64,000 nucleotides of DNA from an uncultured Ectothiorhodospiraceae bacterium (GCA_964342155.1 CAYFEQ010000006.1:2245-66244), one strand, 5' to 3'; numbered from the stretch's first letter, positions 1-9,909 are shown. Notes: generated from the sequence alone by a model not told the origin. A program made the numbers and translations.

Positions 1-927
1 TGATTTTTTAATATACGAACTACTCAAATTATCAATATCTAGATTTTCAATTACAACATACTCATCTTTATTAAATTTAATTGGAAATGAGAAAAAAATA
101 TCTGAGGAAATTTCATACTGTCCAGTTGATAAAATACCTAACGACTCCCAATCCTCTGAGCCATTTACTATGTTATTGAAATGATCATAAATAGCAGAAG
201 CTGCAGAAGCTGCACTAGATTTTCCTCTATGCTCAATTATTTCAGCCCCTCTATTTTGTATTCTTGGTATAAACTCATTTACAATCCAATCGTTATTAAT
301 ATTGTTGTCATGAACTACTAAATTGTTACTTACTAATGCATGGAAAATATTAGGATATTGAGTTGTTGAATGGTTTCCCCATACTACTAATTGCTTAATA
401 CTTTCAACAGATTGATTAAGTTGTCCTGCTAAAATACTTTTAGCTCGATTCTGATCTAACTTCATTAATGATGTAATATTATTGTCTGGTAAATTAGGTG
501 TCGAGTTTTGTATGATAAAGGCATTTGTGTTTGCCGGATTTCCAACAACTATAATCTTTGTTGTTTTTTTACAACATTCATTGATAATCTTTCCATGTTC
601 ATTAAAGATTTGAGCATTTTCTAATAATAAATCAGATCTTTGCATACCTTTTGTTCTAGGTTTAGCTCCTATAAGAAAAATAAAGTCATTGTCAGCAAAT
701 GCTGTTTCAGGATTATCTGTTATCGAAATAGAATCTAAAGATTCAAAAGCACAATCTTCTATTTCATACTTAAGACCCTGTAGGACAGGTAACATCTCCT
801 GTATATCAAGTAAGTTTAATTGTATTTTTGTATCTTTTTTAAATACAGAAGTAGAAAGTATTCTAAATATCAGTGAATAAGCAATATTTCCTGCAGCACC
901 TGTAATTGTTATTTTTTGCATACTCAT
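1..927 (-). CDS. mdh: Malate dehydrogenase (LDH2/MDH family), partial; C-terminus lies beyond the window start
   Basis: My minus-strand translation from the ATG at 927 reads MSMQKITITGAAGNIAYSL..GNPANTNA..WGNHS.., a GxGxxG Rossmann and MDH-like sequence. The frame runs open to base 1. It is absent from the ORF track, presumably because it runs off the window edge. Confidence 0.7.
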   Translation of the reverse strand, partial: MSMQKITITGAAGNIAYSLIFRILSTSVFKKDTKIQLNLLDIQEMLPVLQGLKYEIEDCAFESLDSISITDNPETAFADNDFIFLIGAKPRTKGMQRSDLLLENAQIFNEHGKIINECCKKTTKIIVVGNPANTNAFIIQNSTPNLPDNNITSLMKLDQNRAKSILAGQLNQSVESIKQLVVWGNHSTTQYPNIFHALVSNNLVVHDNNINNDWIVNEFIPRIQNRGAEIIEHRGKSSAASAASAIYDHFNNIVNGSEDWESLGILSTGQYEISSDIFFSFPIKFNKDEYVVIENLDIDNLSSSYIKKS

Positions 928-1643
928 GATTTAATTTTTCTAGCTAATCTCAAATCTTTTTGTGTATTGATACTTAAAGATGTATTATTTTTCAACAATA
1001 AACATTTGATTTTTACATTATTCCAAAGGAATCTTAATTGTTCAAGTTTTTCAGATATTTCAAATGGTGAGACTATTAAATTAGGGTATTTTTGTAATAC
1101 ATCAACCCTATAGCCATAAATTCCAATATGTATAAATGATGATTGGGAACTATTATAAGGAATTGGTAGTCTAGTAAAAACTAAAGCTTCATTATTTGAA
1201 TCTATTACAGTTTTAACCATGTTTGTATCATTTAGAATTTCTTTTTCATTATTTCTAAAAATTAAGGTTGAAACTTTAATCAGTCGTTTTCTTTTCATAG
1301 TTTCAATCATTTTGGTAACTCCCTTCAATGAAAAATTAAATTCATCTCCTTGAATATTTATCACAATATCATTCTTTTGAAATTTCAATGCCTTCGATAA
1401 TGCAGAAATTCTGTCAGTTCCATTAACAAATTTCTTATTCGAAAACCAGCAATCAATATTATATTTTTCAACAATTTTTTTTATTACTTTGCTGTCAGTA
1501 GCAACAATGATTGAATTACATTTTATTTTTTTAGCTCGTAAACATACATGTTCGATAAGTGTTTTATCACCAATTTTTTTTATTAATTTTTTGGGCAACC
1601 TTGATGATTGAAGTCTTGCTGGAATAACTATTCTAACTTTCAT
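924..1643 (-). CDS. kdsB: 3-deoxy-manno-octulosonate cytidylyltransferase (CMP-Kdo synthetase)
   Basis: N-terminus MKVRIVIPARLQSSRLPKK, typical of KdsB, and the expected 239 aa length. It lies downstream of lpxK as in the msbA-lpxK / kdsB neighbourhood. Confidence 0.9.
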   Translation of the reverse strand: MKVRIVIPARLQSSRLPKKLIKKIGDKTLIEHVCLRAKKIKCNSIIVATDSKVIKKIVEKYNIDCWFSNKKFVNGTDRISALSKALKFQKNDIVINIQGDEFNFSLKGVTKMIETMKRKRLIKVSTLIFRNNEKEILNDTNMVKTVIDSNNEALVFTRLPIPYNSSQSSFIHIGIYGYRVDVLQKYPNLIVSPFEISEKLEQLRFLWNNVKIKCLLLKNNTSLSINTQKDLRLARKIKS

Positions 1644-2616
1644 TTTTAATTATTTCTTTTAAAGATATATCTAAGTTATTTAAAAATTTTTTATTTGGAG
1701 TAATGCTTAATTGAAGTACCCATAATTTTTTATTATACATGCTTAGTTTTACAAAATCTTTTTCAGTTGTAAAAATTGGAAGATTATCATCAAATAATAT
1801 TTCTTTACCTGTATAACTATAATGATCTGGATATGTATGCATTATATATTTTATCTTATGTTCTTCTAATTCAGATTTAATACCTTCCATTGAACCAATT
1901 CCTGCAACAAGATGGATTGTAGTATTAGTGAATTTATCTAGTGATGTGATTTCAGAAGTTTCTGGATAAATAATATTATTGTTTGTCTCTATTGATGGAA
2001 TTCTTGTGTCTTTACTATTATTCCTAACTACAAGGTCAACAGACTTTAATCTTTCTTTAGGTTCACGTAATGGTCCAGCGGGTAAGAGAAACTCATTACC
2101 AAGTTTACGTTTTTGATCAATGACCAGTATCTCTAGATTTCTATGTAACGCATAATGTTGTAGCCCATCATCATGAATAATTAAATCTAGATTATTCTCG
2201 TTTTCCATTTTCTTTGTTGCATTAATCCTATTCCCTCCGGTAATGACTGGTACTTTTGTTTTTTTATAAATTAATATGGCTTCATCACCAAATTTTTCAA
2301 CAGCTGCATCATCTTTTACTAACTGCGGATTTTTTGCCTCAGACTTGTACCCAGATGAAACAATTCCTACTTTTAATCCCTTTTTAAGTAAATAGTTACA
2401 AAGCCAAATAGTTAATGGTGTTTTCCCCGTGCCTCCTACTGTTAGATTACCAATAATAATTATAGGAGTTGCAAATTCATGAGTTTTTAATATTTTTAGT
2501 TTATATAAAGCTTTTCTGATTTTTATTACTAAATAAAATACTAGCGAGAAAGGAGTTAGAATTAGACTTATTAAGTTTAACTTATTATACCAAATTTTAT
2601 TAAGAATCTTTTCCAT
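1633..2616 (-). CDS. lpxK: Tetraacyldisaccharide 4'-kinase
   Basis: P-loop GNLTVGGTGKTP and an N-terminal membrane anchor; 327 aa. It overlaps the kdsB start and follows msbA. Confidence 0.9.
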   Translation of the reverse strand: MEKILNKIWYNKLNLISLILTPFSLVFYLVIKIRKALYKLKILKTHEFATPIIIIGNLTVGGTGKTPLTIWLCNYLLKKGLKVGIVSSGYKSEAKNPQLVKDDAAVEKFGDEAILIYKKTKVPVITGGNRINATKKMENENNLDLIIHDDGLQHYALHRNLEILVIDQKRKLGNEFLLPAGPLREPKERLKSVDLVVRNNSKDTRIPSIETNNNIIYPETSEITSLDKFTNTTIHLVAGIGSMEGIKSELEEHKIKYIMHTYPDHYSYTGKEILFDDNLPIFTTEKDFVKLSMYNKKLWVLQLSITPNKKFLNNLDISLKEIIKNES

Positions 2617-4392
2617 TTAATGTTGCTGAGGGAATTGTATTTTGTGTAAACTAGCATATAAGCCATTTTTATCAAGCAAATCTAGATGTTTGCCTCTTTC
2701 AACAATTTCACCTCTGTCTAAAACTAGTATTTCATCAGCATTTTTTATTGTAGATAATCTATGAGCTATTACTATTGTTGTCCGGTTTTTTAATAATACT
2801 GCGATAGCTTTTTGTATAAATTTTTCAGATTCAGAATCTAAAGAACTTGTCGCTTCATCCAATAATAATATCGGTGATTCTTTTAGTATAGCTCTAGCAA
2901 TTGCAATTCTTTGACGCTGACCTCCAGATAGTAGGACTCCATTATCACCAACAATTGTCTCATATCCATCTGGAAATTTATCAATAAATTCACTAGCATT
3001 TGCACTTATAGAAGCAGATTTTATTTCATCAAAACTTTTATTCTCCAGGGAACCATATGCTATATTATTTCTGATTGTGTCATTAAACAAAGTTAAATCT
3101 TGGCCAACATATGCTATTAAACCTCTTAGATCATTTAAACTATATTGATTTATATTTGATTTATCTATTAATATTTTACCAGAAACAATATCATAAAATC
3201 GTGGTATAAGATTCATTAAAGTTGATTTTCCACTTCCAGATTTCCCAACAATTGCACAAGTAGACCCCTCCTTAACTGTAAAATTAATATTCTTTAAAAC
3301 TAATTGATTATCTCTTTCATAAGAAAAATTTATATCTTTGAAATGTATTTCAGAAAAATTTTTTAAATCAGTATTTTTTTTGTTAATAGTTTTTTGAATA
3401 TTATCCTTTTCAATTGAAGAATCAATCAAGCCAAATATTGATTCACTGGCTGCAATACCTCTTTGTAACACTACATTAATTTCAGCTAGTCTTTTTAGCG
3501 GAGCAAACATAAGTATCATTGCGGTTATAAATGACATAAAAGTGCCAACACTTATTACTCCTAGAAATTCTTGTGAAGTTACTAAGTAAATAATCCCAGA
3601 TAAGAATAAAGCAACTACAAATTGTACTAAAGGAATACTAGTGCCTTGTATAAATGCTAATTTCATATGTTTAGATCTATTATTTTCATTGACTGATTCA
3701 AATGATTTCTTTTCACTTTTTTCGCCACTAAATATTTTTACAACCCTGTGCCCTTGTATTAATTCTTCAACAACATGAGTAATAAAACCCATAGATTTTT
3801 GTATATCTTTACTGACATCACGAAACTTTGTACTCATATATTTAACAAATACAGCTATGACAGGACCTATTATTAACAAACCTAAGGCTAAATGCCAACT
3901 ATGATAGAACATTAAACCGAGCAATCCAATTATGGTCAATCCGTCACGAATAATAACTGTTATTGCTTTGGTTGCAGCCTCAGCTACTTGTTCAGTGTCA
4001 TATGTAAGTTTTGATATTAATTCTCCTGATGATGCTGTGTCATAAGTTTTGGTAGGTGTATGAACAAGCTTATCAAACATTTCATTACGGATATTTTTTA
4101 CTACATTTCTTCCAACCCATGCCATCCCATATGTCGACAAAAAGCCAGCAACACTTCTAGCAAAAAATAAAGCTACTAAAAGCAATGGAAAATTTCTAAT
4201 AGTCTCAGGATCCTTTTCGATAAAGCTACCATCGAGTAATGGTTTAATTAAGGCTGCGAATGCAGTATCGGTAACAGCAAAAATTGACATTGCGAAGATT
4301 GCAAGAAAGAAAACTAGCTTATATTTTAGTGTATAGCCAATTAGTCTCTTATATACATGCAGCCCTTTTTTTGGTTTATCATATTCTTGCAT
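2617..4392 (-). CDS. msbA: Lipid A export ABC transporter (permease and ATPase fused)
   Basis: 591 aa with six TM helices then an ABC domain: Walker A GKSGSGKST, signature LSGGQRQR and Walker B ILLLDEATS. It sits upstream of lpxK. Confidence 0.9.
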   Translation of the reverse strand: MQEYDKPKKGLHVYKRLIGYTLKYKLVFFLAIFAMSIFAVTDTAFAALIKPLLDGSFIEKDPETIRNFPLLLVALFFARSVAGFLSTYGMAWVGRNVVKNIRNEMFDKLVHTPTKTYDTASSGELISKLTYDTEQVAEAATKAITVIIRDGLTIIGLLGLMFYHSWHLALGLLIIGPVIAVFVKYMSTKFRDVSKDIQKSMGFITHVVEELIQGHRVVKIFSGEKSEKKSFESVNENNRSKHMKLAFIQGTSIPLVQFVVALFLSGIIYLVTSQEFLGVISVGTFMSFITAMILMFAPLKRLAEINVVLQRGIAASESIFGLIDSSIEKDNIQKTINKKNTDLKNFSEIHFKDINFSYERDNQLVLKNINFTVKEGSTCAIVGKSGSGKSTLMNLIPRFYDIVSGKILIDKSNINQYSLNDLRGLIAYVGQDLTLFNDTIRNNIAYGSLENKSFDEIKSASISANASEFIDKFPDGYETIVGDNGVLLSGGQRQRIAIARAILKESPILLLDEATSSLDSESEKFIQKAIAVLLKNRTTIVIAHRLSTIKNADEILVLDRGEIVERGKHLDLLDKNGLYASLHKIQFPQQH

Positions 4393-4447
4393 GATTTTAT
4401 TAACATTACTGTCAAAGAAATGTAGTATTATATGATATTAATACATT

Positions 4448-4482
4448 TACAAGAAAAATATCCATATTTTACATTCTTACAG
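4448..4482 (+). promoter_or_regulatory. Candidate sigma70 promoter for the DUF2062 gene (TTACAA, 17 bp, TACATT)
   Basis: Hexamers were read directly from the sequence upstream of the ATG at 4493. AT-rich background makes chance matches likely. Confidence 0.2.
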
Positions 4483-4492
4483 TTGATATTTA

Positions 4493-5005
4493 ATGAAGAA
4501 ATTTTTCAAGAAATATACACCAGATAAAACAGTAGTAGAAAAATATAAGATTCTAAGATTAATTGGAAGACCTTTGCTACATAATGAACTTTGGCAATTC
4601 TCTAAAAACTCTTTATGTGGAGGTATTGCAGTTGGGTTCTTTTGGGGATGGATGCCGATGCCATTCCAAATGTTACCTGCAGCCATATGTTCAATAATAT
4701 TCCGTGTTAATTTTCCTCTTTCACTTATTGGTGTTTGGATTTCAAATCCAATAACTATGCCTCCTATGATGTATTTTGCTTACTTAGTTGGGAATTGGTT
4801 ATTAAATTTAGATCCACAATATAAGGTGTTTGAACTTAGCATGACGTGGATAGAATCAGCATGGAGTAATATCTGGGAACCATTGTTGGTGGGAAGTTTA
4901 TTGCTAGGAATAATCAGCAGTATTCTTTCATATATGGCTATGTATATTATATGGAAAGCATTTATTTATAATAAAATGAAAGAAAGACAAAATTTCAATA
5001 AATAA
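4493..5005 (+). CDS. DUF2062-family small inner-membrane protein
   Basis: 170 aa; a Gly/Pro-rich TM core (GGIAVGFFWGWMPMPFQ..NPITMPP) resembles DUF2062. It is divergent from the msbA operon and convergent with lolD. Confidence 0.55.
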   Translation: MKKFFKKYTPDKTVVEKYKILRLIGRPLLHNELWQFSKNSLCGGIAVGFFWGWMPMPFQMLPAAICSIIFRVNFPLSLIGVWISNPITMPPMMYFAYLVGNWLLNLDPQYKVFELSMTWIESAWSNIWEPLLVGSLLLGIISSILSYMAMYIIWKAFIYNKMKERQNFNK

Positions 5006-5678
5006 ATTCTTTTAAATTTCCAGATTCTAATGAATATATTTTTTCGAATTTTTTTAATAGCTCTGTATCATGTGTAACCATCAACAGAGAAATATTATTT
5101 TTCTTACAGGTATCAATTAAAAAAGTAATAATTTTATCTGTATTGTTTTTATCTAAATTTCCAGTTGGCTCATCGGCTAATATTAATTTAGGTAAGCTAA
5201 TCATTGCTCTCGCAATAGCTACTCGTTGAGACTCTCCACCAGAAAGTGAAGTAACGTTTGAATTCGTTTTATCTGATAATCCTATCTCATTAAGTAATTT
5301 TTTGACTCTTTCTTCAATAATTTTATTATTTTCTTTTTGTATAAAAAGTGGCATTGCAATATTTTCAAATACACTAAAGTCATCTAATAAATTAAAAAAT
5401 TGAAATACTACACCTAAGTTATTATTTCTAAATTTTGTTCTTTTGTTCAGGCTTAATTGTTGAATGGAAATATCATCAAAAAAAACATTGCCAGAAGACG
5501 GATCATCTAACCCAGATATTATATTAAGCAATGTTGTTTTACCACTGCCAGATGGTCCTGTGAGAGCAACAAGCTCTCCTTCATTTATTTTTAGATTAAC
5601 TTCCTTAAGTACATTATTTCTATCAGAAGTTTTAGTATCTGAATATGACTTGGTAATGCCAATACAATTAATATTCAT
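4995..5678 (-). CDS. lolD: Lipoprotein-releasing system ATP-binding protein
   Basis: Walker A GPSGSGKTT, signature LSGGESQRVAIARA and Walker B LILADEPTGNLD. It is directly downstream of the LolC-type permease. Confidence 0.85.
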   Translation of the reverse strand: MNINCIGITKSYSDTKTSDRNNVLKEVNLKINEGELVALTGPSGSGKTTLLNIISGLDDPSSGNVFFDDISIQQLSLNKRTKFRNNNLGVVFQFFNLLDDFSVFENIAMPLFIQKENNKIIEERVKKLLNEIGLSDKTNSNVTSLSGGESQRVAIARAMISLPKLILADEPTGNLDKNNTDKIITFLIDTCKKNNISLLMVTHDTELLKKFEKIYSLESGNLKEFIY

Positions 5679-6925
5679 TATGAATTATTCCTTAAAATTT
5701 TAGAAGGTAAAATAGTTGATGCTTTTTTAGCTGGATATATAGTTGATAAAACTGATAAAACAAATGAAGATATTCCTATCATCAAAACATCGTTGTAATC
5801 TATAATTGATGGAATTTTATTCAAATGATAGATATCTGCAGGAAGGAGATTTAATCCAAAAATAGATTCAATTACATTCATAATGCTATCTATATTATGA
5901 GACAAAACTAATCCAAAAATAATTCCAAAAATAGTTCCTATCAATCCCAAAATGATACCTTGTAGGACAAATATCTTTAAAATTGCAGATCTATCAGCAC
6001 CAAGGGTCATTAAAATTGCTATATCTTTTTGTTTACTTATAACCAACATTAGTAATGATGACGTAATATTAAATGCAGCAACAACAATAATAAGGATAAG
6101 TATAATAAACATTATTCTTTTTTCATTATTTATTGCATTAAAAAAACTTTGATGAGTTTCTGACCAATCTTGAATAAAAAATGCTTTATTGGATTTTTCA
6201 AAATCTAGTGAGAACCTATAAGATTGCAATGGGTTTTTTAATTTTAATCTTATAGCATCTAAGTATAGATTTTCATTATTTCTTTCTTTAAATATTGATA
6301 AGAAATTATTGAGGTCAATAAAAACAAAAGCATTGTTATACTCATATAAACCAATATCAAAAATACCAGAAACTATATATTTGATTTTATAGGGGTATAG
6401 TTCTTGACTGTCTTTGATTCTAATTTGTGTTAATAATTCAAGCTCATCTCCAATACTTACCAACAGTTTCTGTGCTACGCCAGAACCAATGATGATAGAA
6501 TTATTAAATTTCTTGATATCATCAAAATTACCTAAGATCATATTGTTATCAATATCGCTAACATTTCTTTCTAATTCTGGCTTAATAGCTCTTAAAAAAA
6601 TAGTTTTAGTATTATTCCTTGATGAAAGCAAACCTTCTTTTTGTATATATGGGGAATAACCAATTACTTCTTCTAAATTTTCGATTGTTGAAAAAATTTT
6701 ATTAGATAATTTAAGATTATTGTTCTTAGCATATACTGTTGAATGAGAAGTAAAGCCTAAAATTTTAGATCTCAATTCTTTTTCAAACCCATTCATAACA
6801 GACATGACTGTAATTAAAATACCAACACCAACTATTATGCCTAATATAGAAATTTTTGATATTATAGAAATAAATCCTGTATTTTTCGCAGACGTAAGAA
6901 AACGATATGCTGTCAGAAATTGCAT
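5678..6925 (-). CDS. lolC: Lipoprotein-releasing system permease (LolC/LolE family; the only copy, hence LolF-like)
   Basis: 415 aa; an N-terminal TM helix, a large periplasmic domain and a C-terminal FtsX-like 3-TM bundle. It is followed only by lolD, with no second permease gene. Confidence 0.8.
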   Translation of the reverse strand: MQFLTAYRFLTSAKNTGFISIISKISILGIIVGVGILITVMSVMNGFEKELRSKILGFTSHSTVYAKNNNLKLSNKIFSTIENLEEVIGYSPYIQKEGLLSSRNNTKTIFLRAIKPELERNVSDIDNNMILGNFDDIKKFNNSIIIGSGVAQKLLVSIGDELELLTQIRIKDSQELYPYKIKYIVSGIFDIGLYEYNNAFVFIDLNNFLSIFKERNNENLYLDAIRLKLKNPLQSYRFSLDFEKSNKAFFIQDWSETHQSFFNAINNEKRIMFIILILIIVVAAFNITSSLLMLVISKQKDIAILMTLGADRSAILKIFVLQGIILGLIGTIFGIIFGLVLSHNIDSIMNVIESIFGLNLLPADIYHLNKIPSIIDYNDVLMIGISSFVLSVLSTIYPAKKASTILPSKILRNNS

Positions 6926-6982
6926 GATTCATTATACCATATGAAAATAATTTAGAAATAAATAAGGAAATTATTAAATGCA

Positions 6983-8038
6983 ATGAAAAAAATTATACCT
7001 GATGAAAATTGTAATATGATCATATTGGTCTGGCCATTCATGTATGAACAAAAACCTTATTGGAATCAGATAATAAATACATTTAAGGAGATGATTTTAA
7101 TTTTATTAGAAAATAAGAACCATGTCTTAATTGTGACCAATAATCCAAAGGAAATTAACGATAAAGCTAATGAAATCTATAAGGAAAACAGATTGGTTGA
7201 TTTAAAAAACAATTTTCATACATTTACCTATGAATGTAATGATATTTGGATTAGGGATTATGGTCCAATTCAAGTACAAAATAATGTCAGGAATGAATAT
7301 AACTTCTATGGATATAATTTTAATGGTTATGGCAATAAGTATGTACATGAAAAGGATAAATCTTTCGCAGATTATTTTTCTAAATACTTTATTAAATACT
7401 CTAAAGATATAAATTATAATCTCTTTGAAAAGCCGTTTGACGATCTAATAATAGAGGGTGGTAATGTGCAATCAAACAAAAATGGACTAATTATTTTTAA
7501 CAGGAAATGCTTATTAAAAAATAATAAAGAAAATTGGAGTTCTATAAAACAGTATTTTGATGATGCAGTAAAAAAATATTATATCAATGACTATCTTTTT
7601 TTTGATTTAGATCCAATAACAGGAGATGATACCAATGGTCATCTTGACAACTTAATTCGTATATATAATGAAAATCTTGTTTTTTATATGAGTAGCAATG
7701 ATATAGAGCATCCAGATTTCTATCTACTTCAAGAATTGAAACAACAATTAGAAGCATTACAAAAAAAAACATCAAACATAAAACAGATTATACCTATAAA
7801 CCATACAACAGATGATATTGTCCTTAATCAACAGAGTATGATGTTGCCATTCTCTTATTTGAACTTCATAATAACTAATAATGTAATAATTTTTCCTGCT
7901 AATAAAAATACCAAAATAGAAAGCTTGGATAAAATATTGCCCTTCTTTAATAATAAAAGAAATTATTTAATAAATGTAGAAGGCTTATTGAACGAACTTG
8001 GTGGATTACATTGCTGTAGTTTAAATATTTGTTATTAA
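6983..8038 (+). CDS. aguA: Agmatine deiminase (porphyromonas-type peptidyl-arginine deiminase fold)
   Basis: Motifs W-x-RD-x-GP (IWIRDYGPI), GHLD and a C-terminal catalytic-Cys region GGLHCCSLN; 351 aa. It lies immediately upstream of aguB. Confidence 0.75.
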   Translation: MKKIIPDENCNMIILVWPFMYEQKPYWNQIINTFKEMILILLENKNHVLIVTNNPKEINDKANEIYKENRLVDLKNNFHTFTYECNDIWIRDYGPIQVQNNVRNEYNFYGYNFNGYGNKYVHEKDKSFADYFSKYFIKYSKDINYNLFEKPFDDLIIEGGNVQSNKNGLIIFNRKCLLKNNKENWSSIKQYFDDAVKKYYINDYLFFDLDPITGDDTNGHLDNLIRIYNENLVFYMSSNDIEHPDFYLLQELKQQLEALQKKTSNIKQIIPINHTTDDIVLNQQSMMLPFSYLNFIITNNVIIFPANKNTKIESLDKILPFFNNKRNYLINVEGLLNELGGLHCCSLNICY

Positions 8039-8048
8039 TGAAATAATT

Positions 8049-8882
8049 ATGAAAAAGAAAATTAATATAGTAATAATACAGAAGAAATTTACTTCTACTA
8101 TAGAAAATAATATATCTGATTTAGATTTACTCATAACAAATAAGAAAATTGCTAAAAACAGTATTCTTGTCCTGCATGAATTAACATTAACTAAATATTT
8201 TTGCATATCAAAAGATAATAATAATTTTAAATATTCAATAAGTAATGATTCTGTCATCTTTAAACAATTAAAGGATATTTGTATTAAAAATAAAGTTTTC
8301 CTTTTAATTAGTTATTTCGAAAGGTTTAAAGGAAAATATTATAATTCATCATCATTGCTTTCTCCTAAAGGGACTGTGATAGGCAAATATCGTAAGAAAA
8401 ATCTACCAGATGAGCAATGTTATCATGAAAAATTTTATTTCAACTCATCTTCTCAGCCCTTTAAAATTTTTGATATTGGGTTATGTAAAATTGGGATTAT
8501 GTTGTGTTGGGATCAATGGTTTTCAAATTCATATTCAAAATTGAATAGTCTAGGTGCAGATATTATCTTTTGCCCTACATCAATAGGATATACCTATATA
8601 AATAATAAAAAAATATCCTTATCTACTGAAAAAGAAATGTGGTTGAAGATTATCCAAGCCAATAGTCTCATGAATAATATCCCTGTCGTAGTAGCGAATA
8701 GAATTGGAAAAGAAACTTCAGGCAATAAAACCATTTCATTCTGGGGATCTAGTTTCATTACTAATTCTGAAGGACAAATAATTGCAAAGGCAGGCAAAAG
8801 TACTTCTTTAGTGAGCGGATCTATAAGTCTTTTAGATAGAAAAAAATCTATAAAAAAATGGGGGTTTTCCTCTGTTGACTAA
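8049..8882 (+). CDS. aguB: N-carbamoylputrescine amidase (nitrilase / C-N hydrolase family)
   Basis: CWDQWF catalytic-Cys motif and a nitrilase-superfamily E-K-C architecture; 277 aa. Confidence 0.8.
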   Translation: MKKKINIVIIQKKFTSTIENNISDLDLLITNKKIAKNSILVLHELTLTKYFCISKDNNNFKYSISNDSVIFKQLKDICIKNKVFLLISYFERFKGKYYNSSSLLSPKGTVIGKYRKKNLPDEQCYHEKFYFNSSSQPFKIFDIGLCKIGIMLCWDQWFSNSYSKLNSLGADIIFCPTSIGYTYINNKKISLSTEKEMWLKIIQANSLMNNIPVVVANRIGKETSGNKTISFWGSSFITNSEGQIIAKAGKSTSLVSGSISLLDRKKSIKKWGFSSVD

Positions 8883-9055
8883 GCTTTGACCTCAAAATTG
8901 GCTAATTTTAGAGGGTATGAGTTAAATCTATGTATTCATGACATTAAAAAGTATTCAATTAAGGTTTTATATACTGTAGAATTGTTATATTGAATAAGGG
9001 GATTTGGTTCAATGACTAGGAAATTAAAGGACAAAATATATATGGAGATTAAATT

Positions 9056-9199
9056 ATGAAACTGTACGCCTTATTGTTAATAGGTTTTTTGATGACGTTT
9101 ACTTCATTTTCAGTTCATAGTTCTATAAATAATAATTTTCCTAATCTAATTTTTGCTGAAGAGGAAAAAGAAGCAGAAGAAGAGCCAGATTGCGAATAA
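9056..9199 (+). CDS. Small predicted secreted peptide (about 47 aa): signal-peptide-like N-terminus and an acidic Glu-rich tail ending ..PDCE
   Basis: My reading gives MKLYALLLIGFLMTFTSFSVHSSINNNFPNLIFAEEEKEAEE..PDCE, preceded by GGAGA 6 nt upstream. It is below the 60-aa ORF-track cutoff. My reading of one base near 9181-9189 is uncertain, but the frame agrees with the track coordinates. Confidence 0.3.
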   Translation: MKLYALLLIGFLMTFTSFSVHSSINNNFPNLIFAEEEKEAEEEPDCE

Positions 9200-9213
9200 T
9201 ATTTGGAGGAGAT

Positions 9214-9885
9214 ATGAAATTAAAAATTGTATTAAGTATGTTTTTGGTTTCTCTATTTACATTTTCAACTGCTTATGCAGATAAGCCTGTTGGAATATCA
9301 AAAGCTGACGGTCCATATTCGCTAGAAATTGGAACTTCTATATATGCTGGTAAGCATAAAATAATGAGAAATCAAAACAATAAAAATACTGTAAACCCTG
9401 CATTTGCTAAAACCTCAAGACCATGTCCACCGTTCTGTATTCAACCAATGCAGCTAAGACCTGGAATTGAAACTCTTGGTGAGCAAGAAATTATTCACTA
9501 CTTAGTAATGATGGGTAAAGGTCAAAAAATGCCTGATGGTTCTAAAATAATGGTAATTGATTCTAGAACACCTGATTGGGTTGCTAAAGGAACAATTCCT
9601 GGTGCAGTTAATGTACCTTGGACTCACCTTAGTGAAAAGAAAGGAGCAGATCCAATTTCAATAGCTGAGATTATGACTGATAAATTTGGAGCGACTGAGC
9701 AAAATGGTCTTTTCTATTTTGATAATGCAAAGACTCTAGTTATGTTCTGTAATGGAATGTGGTGCGGTCAATCACCAAATAATATCAAAAGCTTATTGAA
9801 GTATGGCTATCCAGCACATAAGATTAAATGGTATCGTGGTGGTATGCAGAATTGGGAAGCATTAGGTTTCAATACTGTAAAATAA
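9214..9885 (+). CDS. Periplasmic rhodanese-domain sulfurtransferase-like protein
   Basis: Signal peptide MKLKIVLSMFLVSLFTFSTAYA with GGAGGAG 6 nt upstream of the ATG at 9214; the track start at 9190 is a TTG. It has a rhodanese active-site loop FCNGMWCGQSP and an additional CPPFC pair. GC is about 40-45%, versus 20-30% in the flanks. Confidence 0.7.
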   Translation: MKLKIVLSMFLVSLFTFSTAYADKPVGISKADGPYSLEIGTSIYAGKHKIMRNQNNKNTVNPAFAKTSRPCPPFCIQPMQLRPGIETLGEQEIIHYLVMMGKGQKMPDGSKIMVIDSRTPDWVAKGTIPGAVNVPWTHLSEKKGADPISIAEIMTDKFGATEQNGLFYFDNAKTLVMFCNGMWCGQSPNNIKSLLKYGYPAHKIKWYRGGMQNWEALGFNTVK

Positions 9886-9909
9886 AATAGCTATATATTT
9901 ATTTAAAAA

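Noticed and set aside
689-880. Plus-strand ORF of 63 aa near the window start
   Set aside because: It is antisense to the well-supported mdh reading frame on the minus strand.
9190-9213. TTG start, as given by the ORF track, for the rhodanese protein (MRIIFGGD...)
   Set aside because: The ATG at 9214 is preceded by a GGAGGAG RBS and begins a textbook signal peptide. The upstream 8 codons overlap the small-peptide stop region and include the RBS itself.
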